Position numbers and translations under genes: made by a program
Notes under the pieces: generated by a model
Seen by the model: the letters and a program-made list of their open reading frames with translations, nothing else
Told to the model about the DNA's origin: nothing
The model's database searches: none
Part shown: in pieces, positions 30,079 through 40,396 of the stretch
Numbering within the stretch: the first letter of the stretch is position 1
Layout: each line of letters opens with the position of its first letter
Assembly (NCBI GenBank): GCA_050331735.1
Contig: JBHJGN010000029.1
Location: forward strand, 168,338 to 232,337
DNA: 64,000 nt
Direction of reading: 5' to 3'
From: Cyanophyceae cyanobacterium
GTDB taxonomy: Bacteria > Cyanobacteriota > Cyanobacteriia > Cyanobacteriales > JBHJGN01

Positions 30079-31185
30079 TTAAGCGCTAAGCGATCGCGCG
30101 ACAGTAATACAGGTCGCCAGATCGGCCTCTGTTTTAATTGCTTGCGGATCGATATGGGTGGCAGTGGCGCGATGGCCCTGCTGCTGAAGAGCGGCAATCA
30201 GTTGACCTTTCTTAGGTATATCTAGGCGGCCTCTCCTGCCGATTTCTCCAAGACGATAGAAGTAAGGGGGAAAGTCGGCTTCAGCGAACATGACAGCGAG
30301 CAAGGCGGCTCGCTCTGGCCAGTGCCACTGCTGTGCTAAGGTCTGCATAGACTTTAGCCATCTAGGATCGTGGAGTAACCCGAGCCAAAGAGGACCGCTG
30401 AGAGTGAAAGGGCCGCAGCGACAGCAGGCTTGTCCTAACTTCCGCCACGATATCGTTTGATAGTCGCCGCAGCGATGACAGTAGCCTAAAAATCCGTAGT
30501 TTCGAGAGCTGAGGAGAGGATGAGGCGTTAAACGAAGCATCACGCGGTAGGCGGAGGGGGTAAAGAGCGAAAACACTGGCTCTATTCCTAGCTCCTTGGT
30601 AGCCGCCTGTTGCTGAACGCTGCCGATGAGCAGACGCAGCGCCTGTTCGTGGGCAGCAGGATGAGCGCGAGCATAGGCTCCATAGACCTTGAGGCTTCCC
30701 TCTGGCAGATGACCGGTGGCGGTTCGTCCGTCAGTGCTGGTTAGGTAAATCAGTCCGCCTATTCTCGTGGCCCACAGTACCGTGCTTAAGAACGGTGCTG
30801 GAGACCCAAAGCTGTCTACATCTACCAAATCGTAATACTCTTGGCGAGCATAGCAATCGAAAAACAGGCGATTAGCATCGGCGTGAAAGACTTGAGCCGC
30901 ACCGGAGGCGATCGCTGCGGCTAAGTTACGGTGTAGAACCGGATGTACCTCGGAATTAGCGTCATTCGCTATAACCCAATCAGCTTGGCTTTCTAACCAA
31001 TACCGCAGAGAACGCACTCCGCAGCCGCTCATGGCGTCAAGCACTCTCAAACGGCCTGTCTGAGATCGATAGACAGCAGCGGCTAATATCCCCAAATCTC
31101 GGGTGACCTGACTAGCCGAGCGATAAAACGCCGGACCCACCTGAAACTGGGCTTTGCCTTCTGAAACCCACGCTGCTGATGCCAT
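30079..31185 (-). CDS. trm1: tRNA G26 N2,N2-dimethyltransferase (Trm1 family)
   Basis: EGKA.F..FY..RDL, VLDAMSGCGVRSLRY, NDAN, DLVDVDSFGSP, TSTDG, CHRC, GPLW.G.LHD, THID..AIKT.A; ATG 31185. Confidence 0.82.
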   Translation of the reverse strand: MASAAWVSEGKAQFQVGPAFYRSASQVTRDLGILAAAVYRSQTGRLRVLDAMSGCGVRSLRYWLESQADWVIANDANSEVHPVLHRNLAAAIASGAAQVFHADANRLFFDCYARQEYYDLVDVDSFGSPAPFLSTVLWATRIGGLIYLTSTDGRTATGHLPEGSLKVYGAYARAHPAAHEQALRLLIGSVQQQAATKELGIEPVFSLFTPSAYRVMLRLTPHPLLSSRNYGFLGYCHRCGDYQTISWRKLGQACCRCGPFTLSGPLWLGLLHDPRWLKSMQTLAQQWHWPERAALLAVMFAEADFPPYFYRLGEIGRRGRLDIPKKGQLIAALQQQGHRATATHIDPQAIKTEADLATCITVARSLSA

Positions 31186-31195
31186 CCCTTGAAAA

Positions 31196-32026
31196 TCAAT
31201 CAAAGCTGATCGACGAGTTGTGCGGTAAGGATGACCGAGCATCAGCAGAGAGAAAATCGTTTTCGTGCAGAATGTCGTAAAGATTCAGGTCTGCTTCTAG
31301 TAAACAAGCATGACCGCTTTGGGGCAGTAACACTCGTTTGGCGTTAGGAAGACGTTTCATCAGTCTCTCTGCTTCTTCTACAGAAGGCAGCACCCGGTCA
31401 ACTTCTCCTGCTAAAATCAGCACTGGACGGTCAAGCTGGCTTAACTCATCGTCGCTCACATCAAACTCTCCCAGCAGAGATAAACGCCAACCGACACTTT
31501 TTGGCGGCACAGATCGCATTTCGTGAAGAAGAGCGCGGCGATCGTCTTTTTCAACTTTTCTCCAGGCTACTAAAAAAGGCAGTAAAGCTAACGCCGTTCC
31601 TCGGTAGATCAAATCCGGCATCCAGGGCAGTAGCTGAGCTCCCCAATGGAGTAGCGGTCGTCTGGCGAACGAAGAGGCTGGATTGATGAGGATGACGCGG
31701 TCAAATAACTGAGGCGATCGCACGGCCACTTTCAGTGTCAAGCAGCCGCCAAAAGATTCCCCACACAGATACACCGTTTGCTGGGGTCGTGATTTTAGTT
31801 CGGCTTTAATCAAGTCAACAACGTGTGCCGATAAAATATCCCAGTCGTTAAGATCGTCTGCCGGAATCGCCAAACACCGAATATCGAAAGCTTTTTCTAA
31901 ACATTCTGTTTGCGTTTGCAGGAGTTTGCCTGAGCCGTCCATTCCTGGCAGAAACACAAACAACGGGGTATCTGGATTGTTTTGAGTGGGGATCAAAAAT
32001 TTCAAACGATTGGCAACTTCTGGCAT
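31196..32026 (-). CDS. Alpha/beta hydrolase (esterase/lipase)
   Basis: FLPGMDGSG, nucleophile GESFGG, D.VLPS, SGHACLLE. Confidence 0.88.
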   Translation of the reverse strand: MPEVANRLKFLIPTQNNPDTPLFVFLPGMDGSGKLLQTQTECLEKAFDIRCLAIPADDLNDWDILSAHVVDLIKAELKSRPQQTVYLCGESFGGCLTLKVAVRSPQLFDRVILINPASSFARRPLLHWGAQLLPWMPDLIYRGTALALLPFLVAWRKVEKDDRRALLHEMRSVPPKSVGWRLSLLGEFDVSDDELSQLDRPVLILAGEVDRVLPSVEEAERLMKRLPNAKRVLLPQSGHACLLEADLNLYDILHENDFLSADARSSLPHNSSISFD

Positions 32027-32139
32027 CTTTTTCGTAGTCAACAGTTATCTCTCGGCAAAATCACGCTGGCGTTCTTATCTTGGAATAGCCTTAACAAAGA
32101 ATCTAGTTCTCTAGCTCCTGTGCTTGAACAAGGATTTTT

Positions 32140-32862
32140 TTATCGGTATCCCTCACGCAGCAAAGAAACAATCTCCTTGCGGCAATACTCGTTCAAATCG
32201 TTAACCAAATTTTTTCCTTCTTTCCCCTGATAGTCTTGCCGCTGAGCGTCTGTAATCCAGTAGGGACGACCCACTAAAACCTTGACGTGATGGTAAATCA
32301 CCGCCGGATGCAGACCAGAGCGGTCGAAAAGCGGCTCTGTCGGATCGAATAAGCGGAGAAACCGTAACGGAACGGCCCAGCGGTTTTCTTCCGACTGGGA
32401 GGCGATCGCTACCGGGAGAACAACCAAGTTAGGAACGGATGCTCGATAGGCGAGGTGCGCAAAGCCGCGATGAAACTTGCCGACTTTATACGGCTGAGTC
32501 ACCTGCACCATTGGCTGAGTGCCTTCTGGAAAGATTCCCACCCATTGTCGTTGCTGAAGTAACTCTGTTGCCTTGTCGAAGAATCCCTGTAATCTTTGCT
32601 CTGGTTTCTCAAGGGGAAAACATCCCAATAGCTTCACAAATTCTCGCATTACCGGAATTTGCCCCATGTAGCGATGGCACGCGATATGCACTGGCTGTTC
32701 CAAGGCTTCGATCAGAACCGGAGCGTCCATAAAGCTGCGATGATTACTCACGACCACCACCGCTGCATCCTCTGGAATGCGGTCTTTGTAATCGACAAAC
32801 AGGCGGACATTAAAAGCCCCTAGCAGCGCCTGAGAAATCAAATTGGGAGCAAAATCAAACAT
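32140..32862 (-). CDS. Lysophospholipid/glycerolipid acyltransferase family protein
   Basis: SNHRSFMD and GIFPEGT acyltransferase motifs. Confidence 0.88.
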   Translation of the reverse strand: MFDFAPNLISQALLGAFNVRLFVDYKDRIPEDAAVVVVSNHRSFMDAPVLIEALEQPVHIACHRYMGQIPVMREFVKLLGCFPLEKPEQRLQGFFDKATELLQQRQWVGIFPEGTQPMVQVTQPYKVGKFHRGFAHLAYRASVPNLVVLPVAIASQSEENRWAVPLRFLRLFDPTEPLFDRSGLHPAVIYHHVKVLVGRPYWITDAQRQDYQGKEGKNLVNDLNEYCRKEIVSLLREGYR

Positions 32863-33195
32863 GCACTATTTAGTGAATTGCCGTTATTATTTCATTTTAG
32901 TTTAATTTCTTAAAATTACTTTACGAACTCTCGCCGATAGCGCTATGTGGCAACAGCCGATAGAGTCCTCACTTTTGAGTTTTAGCCAGACCAAAAAGAT
33001 TGCTCTGGGTCTTGTCTCTACTGCTTCAGCGGAGGAACGCTCTCCTGAGCGCTGACCTCTTTCGAGACTACCCTGCCGAAAAAACTCAGCGAGTAGATCG
33101 CTAATTAGAATAGATAATAAGAGAAACAAATCTTATAGTTAAAGCGTTCACCCGTTTAAGTTTGCGGTACCGTCGCTCAATTTCCGTCACTTTAA

Positions 33196-34794
33196 ATGAG
33201 TATTTTCAACCACGAGCATTTTGCGCTTACGACTCCCCTTTATTACGTTAACGATGTCCCTCATATTGGCAGTGCCTATACCACAATGGCTGCCGATGTT
33301 GTCGCTCGCTTTGCTAGACTCCAGGGACACTCCGTGTTGCTGATTACGGGGACCGACGAACACGGACAAAAAATTCAGCGAACCGCCGCCGCCAATGGTC
33401 TTGCTCCCCAGGAACACTGCGATCACATTGTGGCCCACTTTCAAAATCTGTGGCAGCAGCTCGACATTCACTACGACCGCTTCAGCCGAACGACTGCTCC
33501 TCGCCACCAGGCGATTGTCAATGAATTCTTTCAACGGGTTTGGGATCAAGGAGATATCTATCGGGATCGTCAGCAAGGATGGTACTGCGTTTCCTGTGAA
33601 GAGTTTAAGGAAGAACGAGAACTGCTGGCCGAGAAAACCTGTCCACTGCATCCTAACCGGAAAGTAGAGTGGCGAGACGAAGAGAATTACTTTTTCCGGC
33701 TCTCTAAATACCAGCAGCAGCTCGAAGCTCTCTATCAAGAGCGTCCCCAGTTTATTCAACCCGAAAGCCGCCGCAACGAGGTGCTCAGCTTCGTTAGTGG
33801 AGGATTAAAAGACTTTTCCATTTCTCGGGCTAATGTTGACTGGGGATTTCCACTGCCGAGCGATCCCAGCCAAACGATTTACGTTTGGTTTGATGCTCTC
33901 CTTGGCTATGTGACGGCGCTGCTAGAGCCAGAAGATGAACCAACTTTAGAAAATGCCCTGTCTAAGTGGTGGCCAATAGATCTGCATCTAATTGGGAAAG
34001 ACATCCTGCGCTTTCACGCCGTTTATTGGCCAGCGATGTTGCTGTCTGCTAACCTACCGCTGCCGAAGTACGTATTTGGTCATGGCTTTCTCACAAAAGA
34101 TGGTCAGAAAATGGGGAAAACCCTGGGCAACACCATCGATCCCGCTGCGTTAGCCAGCCAGTATGGCTCAGATGCTGTCCGCTACTACTTTCTAAAAGAG
34201 ATAGAATTCGGTAAAGATGGCGATTTTAATGAAGCTCGCTTTGTTAACGTGCTTAATGCCGATCTAGCGAACGATTTAGGTAACTTGCTGAATCGTACTC
34301 TGGGAATGGTGCAAAAGTACTGCCAGGGGAGAGGGCCTCAGCTAACCGCTGAGGATTTTGCCACCGATCATCCCCTGAAAACAATCGGAGCCACCCTGAG
34401 CGATCGCGTCGTTGCCGCTTATGAATCTCTGCGATTCGATCGAGCTTGCGAGGAAATCTTTACTCTGGTCCGCGCTAGCAACAAGTATATCGATGAAACC
34501 GCCCCCTGGAGCTTATTTAAGCAAGGCCAACAAGCTGAAGTTGAACGAATTTTGTACGCCGTTTTGGAGTCTGTCAGGCTGGCTGCCTATTTTTTGTCTG
34601 CCATCACCCCTCGATTGTCTAGTAATATATACCTACAGCTAGGTTTCTTAATAAACTTTAACGACCATAATAAGGGTAGCGCTCTTCTTTTATTTGAGCA
34701 GCATAGCCGATGGGGCAAACTTAAGGCCTATCAGGACTTAAACAAACCTCAGCCAGTTTTTGCTCGACTAGAGCAGCCCTTGAACGCCCCCTAA
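33196..34794 (+). CDS. metG: Methionine--tRNA ligase
   Basis: YYVNDVPHIGSAY (HIGH-like), GTDEHGQKI, YVWFDAL, IGKDILRFH, KMGKT (KMSKS-like). Confidence 0.97.
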   Translation: MSIFNHEHFALTTPLYYVNDVPHIGSAYTTMAADVVARFARLQGHSVLLITGTDEHGQKIQRTAAANGLAPQEHCDHIVAHFQNLWQQLDIHYDRFSRTTAPRHQAIVNEFFQRVWDQGDIYRDRQQGWYCVSCEEFKEERELLAEKTCPLHPNRKVEWRDEENYFFRLSKYQQQLEALYQERPQFIQPESRRNEVLSFVSGGLKDFSISRANVDWGFPLPSDPSQTIYVWFDALLGYVTALLEPEDEPTLENALSKWWPIDLHLIGKDILRFHAVYWPAMLLSANLPLPKYVFGHGFLTKDGQKMGKTLGNTIDPAALASQYGSDAVRYYFLKEIEFGKDGDFNEARFVNVLNADLANDLGNLLNRTLGMVQKYCQGRGPQLTAEDFATDHPLKTIGATLSDRVVAAYESLRFDRACEEIFTLVRASNKYIDETAPWSLFKQGQQAEVERILYAVLESVRLAAYFLSAITPRLSSNIYLQLGFLINFNDHNKGSALLLFEQHSRWGKLKAYQDLNKPQPVFARLEQPLNAP

Positions 34795-34993
34795 TACTAG
34801 TTGTTTCCGAGGGCAACCACAGGCAGAGCTAGACTCGACTCATACTAAAGATAGAGACATTAATCTGTCTTTGGTACGAGGCTAGACCTAAAATACCCCA
34901 AACAAAATATCAATCTCAACTTAAAATAAATAAAAAAAAACAAATCTTTACGAAGAAGCGCTTTTGTACTAGATAATAAAAAGAGGATAAAAA

Positions 34994-35605
34994 ATGTATG
35001 ATAACTTTGAGAGCGACCCGGTATTTTCTCCTGAGCAGGTGGTAGAAAATCGCGGTCGCGTTGCTATTTTTATAGACGGCTCCAACTTGTTCTATGCGGC
35101 TTTGCAGCTAGGTGTAGAAATAGACTATACAAAGCTTCTGCTTCGTCTGACGGCACACTCGAGGCTGCTGCGAGCTTTTTTCTACACAGGCGTTGATCGC
35201 ACCAACGAGAAGCAGCAGGGTTTTCTTCTCTGGATGCGTCGCAACGGCTATCGAGTGATTGCCAAAGGTCTCGTGCAGCTACCGGACGGTTCAAAAAAAG
35301 CTAACTTGGATGTTGAGATCGCCGTTGATATGATGGCGCTGGTGGACTACTACGAAACAGCCGTTCTGGTCAGCGGAGATGGGGACTTGGCGTATGCCGT
35401 TGATGCCGTCAGCTACCGCGGTGCTAGAGTGGAAGTGGTCAGCCTGAGATCGATGACGAGCGACAGTTTGATTAACGTTGCCGATCGCTACATTGATTTA
35501 GACCAAATCAAAGCAGATATTCAAAAGTCAAAGTTTAATGGTGCTTATCAAGGATTGCCCGGTCTTACTATGGTGGATGGAGAAAAACCCCTGTCGAGTA
35601 GCTAG
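34994..35605 (+). CDS. NYN domain (LabA-like) protein
   Basis: IFIDGSNLFY, KKANLDVEIAVDM, LVSGDGD, GARVEV. Confidence 0.88.
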   Translation: MYDNFESDPVFSPEQVVENRGRVAIFIDGSNLFYAALQLGVEIDYTKLLLRLTAHSRLLRAFFYTGVDRTNEKQQGFLLWMRRNGYRVIAKGLVQLPDGSKKANLDVEIAVDMMALVDYYETAVLVSGDGDLAYAVDAVSYRGARVEVVSLRSMTSDSLINVADRYIDLDQIKADIQKSKFNGAYQGLPGLTMVDGEKPLSSS

Positions 35606-35649
35606 GGGCCGGAAGCACTATTACCCCAGCGTCGATAGATGTTAACGTC

Positions 35650-36786
35650 ATGAGCTTGCTGAACCTTCGTCGCCGTTGGCTTTTCAAAGCGTGTTTACTG
35701 TTGGCCGTTTCTTTATCTGCCTGTCAATCTGCCAGTCAATCCGAGCAGGCGGTGGCCCCAGAGCCTTCTGAGTTGGAGCCTCGCTTAGTGCTTAACAACG
35801 CCGCTTTAGAGCAAGCTTCCTCCGAGGGCGAATCTCAGTGGAAAATTGCCGCAGAGCGAGTTGAATACAGCCAAGACCGCCAGATAGCCTCGCTCGAAAA
35901 AATTACGGCCAACATTTTTCAAGAGGGAGAGATTGCTCTGCAAATTAGCGCGAATCGGGGCAGAATTTTGCAGAGGGAAGAAAAATTTTTTTTGGAGGGC
36001 GAAGTCATCGCTACCGATCCCCGCAATGGCGCAGTCATTCGCTGTGAAGAAGTTGAATGGGATCCGCAAAAGAGTAAGTTGACGGCGCGGCACGAGCTGC
36101 GGGGGAGTCACCAGAATCTCGCAGTATCGGCAGAAATTGGTCGTTATTTCAGCCAAGCTCAGCGTTTAGAGTTAGCGGGAAACATTGTTGCTACGGCCCA
36201 AGAGCCTCGCTTGCAGTTAACCACAGAACGGCTAGTGTGGGAACTACCGCTCGAGAAAGTCAGCAGTGATGTGAGGGTGCAACTGGTTCGCTACAAAGAG
36301 CAGACCGCTACGGATCGCGTCGTTGCTGACCAAACGGAAGTGGATTTAGCTAGTCAAACAGCTCATCTTCAGCAAAACGTAGAGCTAAGATCCCTAGACC
36401 CTCCGATTAACATAGCCGCTAGCTCGGTAGTTTGGAACTATCGGGAGCGTCAACTGAAGGCCGACCGGCCCCTCCAGGTCGTTCATCGCCAGGAACAGGT
36501 TACAGTCATCGGCAATCGAGGACAGATAGACCTAGAGCAGGAAATGGCTCGTTTGAGTGAGGGAGTCGAGGGAAGGAACGACCGCCATCAGGCCAAACTC
36601 TATTCCCGAGAATTGACGTGGACCATTTCCTCCCAAACGGTGGAAGCCATTGGCAACGTCGTTTACGAACAAACCAACCCGCCCGCCAGACTCACTGGCA
36701 CAAAAGCCGTTGGGAAACTCCAGGACAACCGCGTTGCCGTCACTGGAACCGCCAGCGCTCGCGTCGTCACTAGAATTGTTCCTTAA
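35650..36786 (+). CDS. lptC: LPS export periplasmic protein, cyanobacterial LptC type
   Basis: Lipoprotein signal LSAC; repeated beta-jellyroll-like units (L.LN.A.LEQ..G..QWKI.A). Confidence 0.75.
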   Translation: MSLLNLRRRWLFKACLLLAVSLSACQSASQSEQAVAPEPSELEPRLVLNNAALEQASSEGESQWKIAAERVEYSQDRQIASLEKITANIFQEGEIALQISANRGRILQREEKFFLEGEVIATDPRNGAVIRCEEVEWDPQKSKLTARHELRGSHQNLAVSAEIGRYFSQAQRLELAGNIVATAQEPRLQLTTERLVWELPLEKVSSDVRVQLVRYKEQTATDRVVADQTEVDLASQTAHLQQNVELRSLDPPINIAASSVVWNYRERQLKADRPLQVVHRQEQVTVIGNRGQIDLEQEMARLSEGVEGRNDRHQAKLYSRELTWTISSQTVEAIGNVVYEQTNPPARLTGTKAVGKLQDNRVAVTGTASARVVTRIVP

Positions 36787-38092
36787 AGTACTCATCGTTC
36801 GTTAGTGGTTCACTGCTCACGATGCGATTTCGACGGGGATCGCCGAGATAAACGGCGTCACTCCTACTCGCCGTTGATGAAGCGGCTAGCTGCCAGTCCT
36901 GCGTCAGATTTTCTAACAGCCAGTCTTGAGCAGCCCGCAACTCCAGCACATTGCCATCATTGTTAATAAAAGCAAACCAAATTGCTCCCCGGTCCTCAGT
37001 CGGAATCATTCCGGCTAGCGCGCTGACTTGATTGAGAGTTCCGGTTTTAATAATTGTCCCTGGAGGAAAACTTCGATCTAGCATCGTGCCGCGTCGGTTG
37101 CGACCAGCGACCGGAAACAGATCGGCCAGTTCAATCGTTTCGTCTTGAAGGAGGCGTTCGATGGCAATAAACATCTGGCAAGCCGCCCGAGGAGAAATAC
37201 GGTTTTCGACTCCCAGTCCCGACCCGTTGATCAGCTGAATTTCCGCGGTCGGTACTCTGGCCGCTTGAGCCGCCAGACGAGCGACGCTAGCAGCCCCCCC
37301 CACCGACTCAGCTAAAATTTCTGCCATCTCGTTGTTGCTGTAGATGTTCATCTGCTTGAGGATCTCGGCTAGAGTCAGAGACTGACGGTTGAGCAACAGA
37401 CGAGCTGTCGGTGGAGGACTCGCATCCACTAGCACGGTTCCGGCGATCGCTAACTGCGGACGAGGAGTGCCGACTGGTAAATTGAGGTACTGCCGCTCAA
37501 TAACCGGCGACCAGAGGCGATAGTCCAGTGCCTGCCTCAGAAGACGACCAGCCATCACCGGGTCAGAGCTGTAGTTCATCGTGAACCGATCAGCAACAAT
37601 TAAGTTGCCCTCTACTTCTTGAATGCCTACTTCGTTGAGGGCATTCCCAAGGGCGATCGCCTCCTCCCAAACAAAAAACGGATCGCCGCCGCCGAGAACA
37701 ATCAAATCTCCGGTGACAGCACCGTTTTGAACTTCTCCAGTTATATAGATTCGGGTTTCAAATCGATGGTTGACGCCCCAGGCTTGAATGGCGGCTAAAG
37801 TGGTCGCCACTTTGGTAATGGAAGCGGCTGAAGCTGGTTCTGTTCCCTGATAGTGAGTGAGTAAGCCCAAATTAGACTGAATCCATACCCCCTGACTGCG
37901 ACGACTAATCCCACGATTTGATAAACTTTGGAGGTATTGTTCTATGAGAGCCTCCACAGAAGGATCTGGTGCTGGCAAAGCAAAAATTTCCGCATCTTGC
38001 CACGATACGAGAGGAACGGTTGCGAGTTCCTCGGTTCCTCCCAACAGGTTTAATAGTAGACCGATTAGACTAGAGCCAATTCCTTCGAGCAT
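36770..38092 (-). CDS. dacB: D-Ala-D-Ala carboxypeptidase (peptidase S13, PBP4-type)
   Basis: SxxK ASITK, GGGDP, SxN YSNN, NGSGL, KTG. Confidence 0.87.
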   Translation of the reverse strand: MLEGIGSSLIGLLLNLLGGTEELATVPLVSWQDAEIFALPAPDPSVEALIEQYLQSLSNRGISRRSQGVWIQSNLGLLTHYQGTEPASAASITKVATTLAAIQAWGVNHRFETRIYITGEVQNGAVTGDLIVLGGGDPFFVWEEAIALGNALNEVGIQEVEGNLIVADRFTMNYSSDPVMAGRLLRQALDYRLWSPVIERQYLNLPVGTPRPQLAIAGTVLVDASPPPTARLLLNRQSLTLAEILKQMNIYSNNEMAEILAESVGGAASVARLAAQAARVPTAEIQLINGSGLGVENRISPRAACQMFIAIERLLQDETIELADLFPVAGRNRRGTMLDRSFPPGTIIKTGTLNQVSALAGMIPTEDRGAIWFAFINNDGNVLELRAAQDWLLENLTQDWQLAASSTASRSDAVYLGDPRRNRIVSSEPLTNDEYFKEQF

Positions 38093-38316
38093 TCTCTTCC
38101 TCCATTGCTAGTCAGAATTCCGTCTGGTAACGACGGATGGGACGGAGGAACATTTAAATCTTCAGATGTCAGCCCCTCAGCGCCTCTGACTTTGTGAATA
38201 ATTTTAGGAAAATACTGACGCTTTGTCTTGTTCCCTGGCCCCTAAACAGCGATCTTCTATTCTCGTTCTGCTAGTGGCTTCTGTTACAATCTTTGAAGTT
38301 TCTATTTCTTTGAACA

Positions 38317-39348
38317 ATGGCATCGATTCGCGCAAGAATTGCCGTAGACGCGATGGGAGGAGACTACGCTCCTGGAGAAATTGTGGCTGGAGCCATCCGC
38401 GCTTCTGAGGAGCTAGATGTAGAAATTCTTCTCGTTGGCGATCCCGAGCAAATTCAATCCTCTCTGAAGGAGCACAAAACCAGTTTAGAAATTGTTCCGG
38501 CAGAGGAAGTGATTTCTATGGAGGAAGAACCCTTGACAGGAATTCGCCGCAAGCCCAAAGCCTCAATTAACGTAGCGATGAATCTGGTCCGGCAAAAACG
38601 AGCAGATGCCGTCGTTTCTGCCGGACATTCAGGAGCAGCCATGGCAGCCGCTCTGCTGCGGCTGGGTCGTTTACCCGGAATCGATCGCCCTGCCATTGGA
38701 GCCGTTTTTCCCACGATGCTGGCTGGGAAGTCAGTCATTATTCTTGACGTCGGCGCTAATGTAGACTGTCGCCCAAAATATCTTGAGCAGTTTGCTCTCA
38801 TGGGAACCATTTATAGTCAATACGTCATGGGCATAGAAGCTCCAAAAGTTGGACTCCTCAATATTGGAGAAGAATCGTCTAAAGGAGACGATCTCGCAGT
38901 GCGAACCTATCAGCTCCTCGAGGCCAACGAGCAGATTCCGTTTGTGGGCAATGCCGAGGGCAGAGACGTCCTTTCCGGTCAGTTTGATGTCATCGTTTGT
39001 GATGGCTTTGTCGGTAACGTGCTGCTAAAATTCGCCGAAGCCGTTGGCGGCATTCTGCTACAAATTCTGCGAGAGGAGTTGCCAAGAGGGCTGCGCGGAC
39101 AAGCGGGCACCGCCATCCTTAAACCGAACCTGAAGCGGATTAAGCAGCGCGTCGATCATGCCGAACACGGTGGCGGGCTGCTGTTTGGGGTTGCTGGTAT
39201 TTGTATTATTAGCCACGGCAGTTCTCAAGCCCCCTCGATTTTCAACGCTATTCGTTTGGCCAGAGAAGCGATTGATAACGAAGTGCTCGCTCGCATTCAG
39301 GTCTACACGGATCAGGGACTAGAGAGCGATCGCACCGCTTCCCCATAG
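38317..39348 (+). CDS. plsX: Phosphate acyltransferase PlsX
   Basis: IAVDAMGGDYAP, GIDRPAI, LDVGAN, NIGEE..KG, VCDGFVGN. Confidence 0.97.
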   Translation: MASIRARIAVDAMGGDYAPGEIVAGAIRASEELDVEILLVGDPEQIQSSLKEHKTSLEIVPAEEVISMEEEPLTGIRRKPKASINVAMNLVRQKRADAVVSAGHSGAAMAAALLRLGRLPGIDRPAIGAVFPTMLAGKSVIILDVGANVDCRPKYLEQFALMGTIYSQYVMGIEAPKVGLLNIGEESSKGDDLAVRTYQLLEANEQIPFVGNAEGRDVLSGQFDVIVCDGFVGNVLLKFAEAVGGILLQILREELPRGLRGQAGTAILKPNLKRIKQRVDHAEHGGGLLFGVAGICIISHGSSQAPSIFNAIRLAREAIDNEVLARIQVYTDQGLESDRTASP

Positions 39349-39391
39349 GGGCTATTGGATCTGTCTCTTGAGGAAGTAAGGGAGAAAACTA

Positions 39392-40396
39392 TTGAAACAT
39401 CAAGGCTTGGGAATTACCATCGTCGGCAGCGGGTCAGCGGCTCCCCCAGCCGTGCTTGATAATCACGCTCTCAGCCAAATCGTTGATACCTCTGATGAGT
39501 GGATTAGCAGCCGGACGGGCATCCACAGACGGCATATTGCCGCAGCGTCACAGTCTTTAACTGAATTGTCGGCTCAAGCCTCTCAGGCGGCGATGACGAT
39601 GGCAGCAGTTGACCCAGCGGAGATTGAGTTAGTTATTTTGGCAACCTCAACGCCAGATGACCTGTTTGGCAGCGCGAGCAAGCTCGCCACCTCGATTGGA
39701 GCGACAAAAGCGGTGGCGTTCGACCTAACGGCGGCCTGTTCGGGGTTTGTTTTTGGTCTAGCGGTAGCGGCGCAATTTATTCGTAGCGGAACCTACCAAA
39801 ACGTTTTGCTGGTGGGAGCCGACATCCTTTCGCGGTGGGTAGATTGGTCAGACCGTCGAACCTGCGTACTGTTTGGGGATGGGGCCGGAGCGGTCGTATG
39901 TCAGGCAACAGCAATGAGCGATCGCCTGCTCGGGTTTTCCCTGTATAGCGATGGGGCTCAAAACGCTAGCCTGAATCTTGCCTATCGAGGACAGCCGCAG
40001 TTAGTCGGAGAAATTGACGTTGGACAGGGTAGCTATCAACCGATCGCGATGAATGGCAAAGAAGTCTATCGCTTTGCGGTGGAAAAAGTCCCAGAGGTGA
40101 TTGAAAAAGCGCTCTTTCAGGCGGAAATGACCGTCGAGCAGATCGATTGGCTCCTGCTGCATCAAGCGAACCAGCGCATCATGGATGCCGTTGCTAAACG
40201 CTTAAATATTCCAGCCCAGAAAGTGATTAGCAACCTCAATGAATACGGCAATACCTCCGCTGCCTCGATCCCCATTGCCCTCGATGAAGCAGTGCGACAG
40301 GGGAAGATTAAGCCAGGGGATATTATTGCGTCATCCGGCTTTGGCGCTGGACTAACGTGGGGAGCGGCTATTTTCGAGTGGGGCAAGTTATTCTAA
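39392..40396 (+). CDS. fabH: Beta-ketoacyl-ACP synthase III
   Basis: DTSDEWI..RTGI, AACSGF, LFGDGAGA, HQAN, GNTSAASIP, FGAGLTW; TTG start after GGGAG. Confidence 0.97.
   Translation: MKHQGLGITIVGSGSAAPPAVLDNHALSQIVDTSDEWISSRTGIHRRHIAAASQSLTELSAQASQAAMTMAAVDPAEIELVILATSTPDDLFGSASKLATSIGATKAVAFDLTAACSGFVFGLAVAAQFIRSGTYQNVLLVGADILSRWVDWSDRRTCVLFGDGAGAVVCQATAMSDRLLGFSLYSDGAQNASLNLAYRGQPQLVGEIDVGQGSYQPIAMNGKEVYRFAVEKVPEVIEKALFQAEMTVEQIDWLLLHQANQRIMDAVAKRLNIPAQKVISNLNEYGNTSAASIPIALDEAVRQGKIKPGDIIASSGFGAGLTWGAAIFEWGKLF

Noticed and set aside
32902..33129. 75-aa ORF or ncRNA upstream of metG
   Set aside because: No RBS, protein motif or recognisable RNA family; probably divergent promoter DNA
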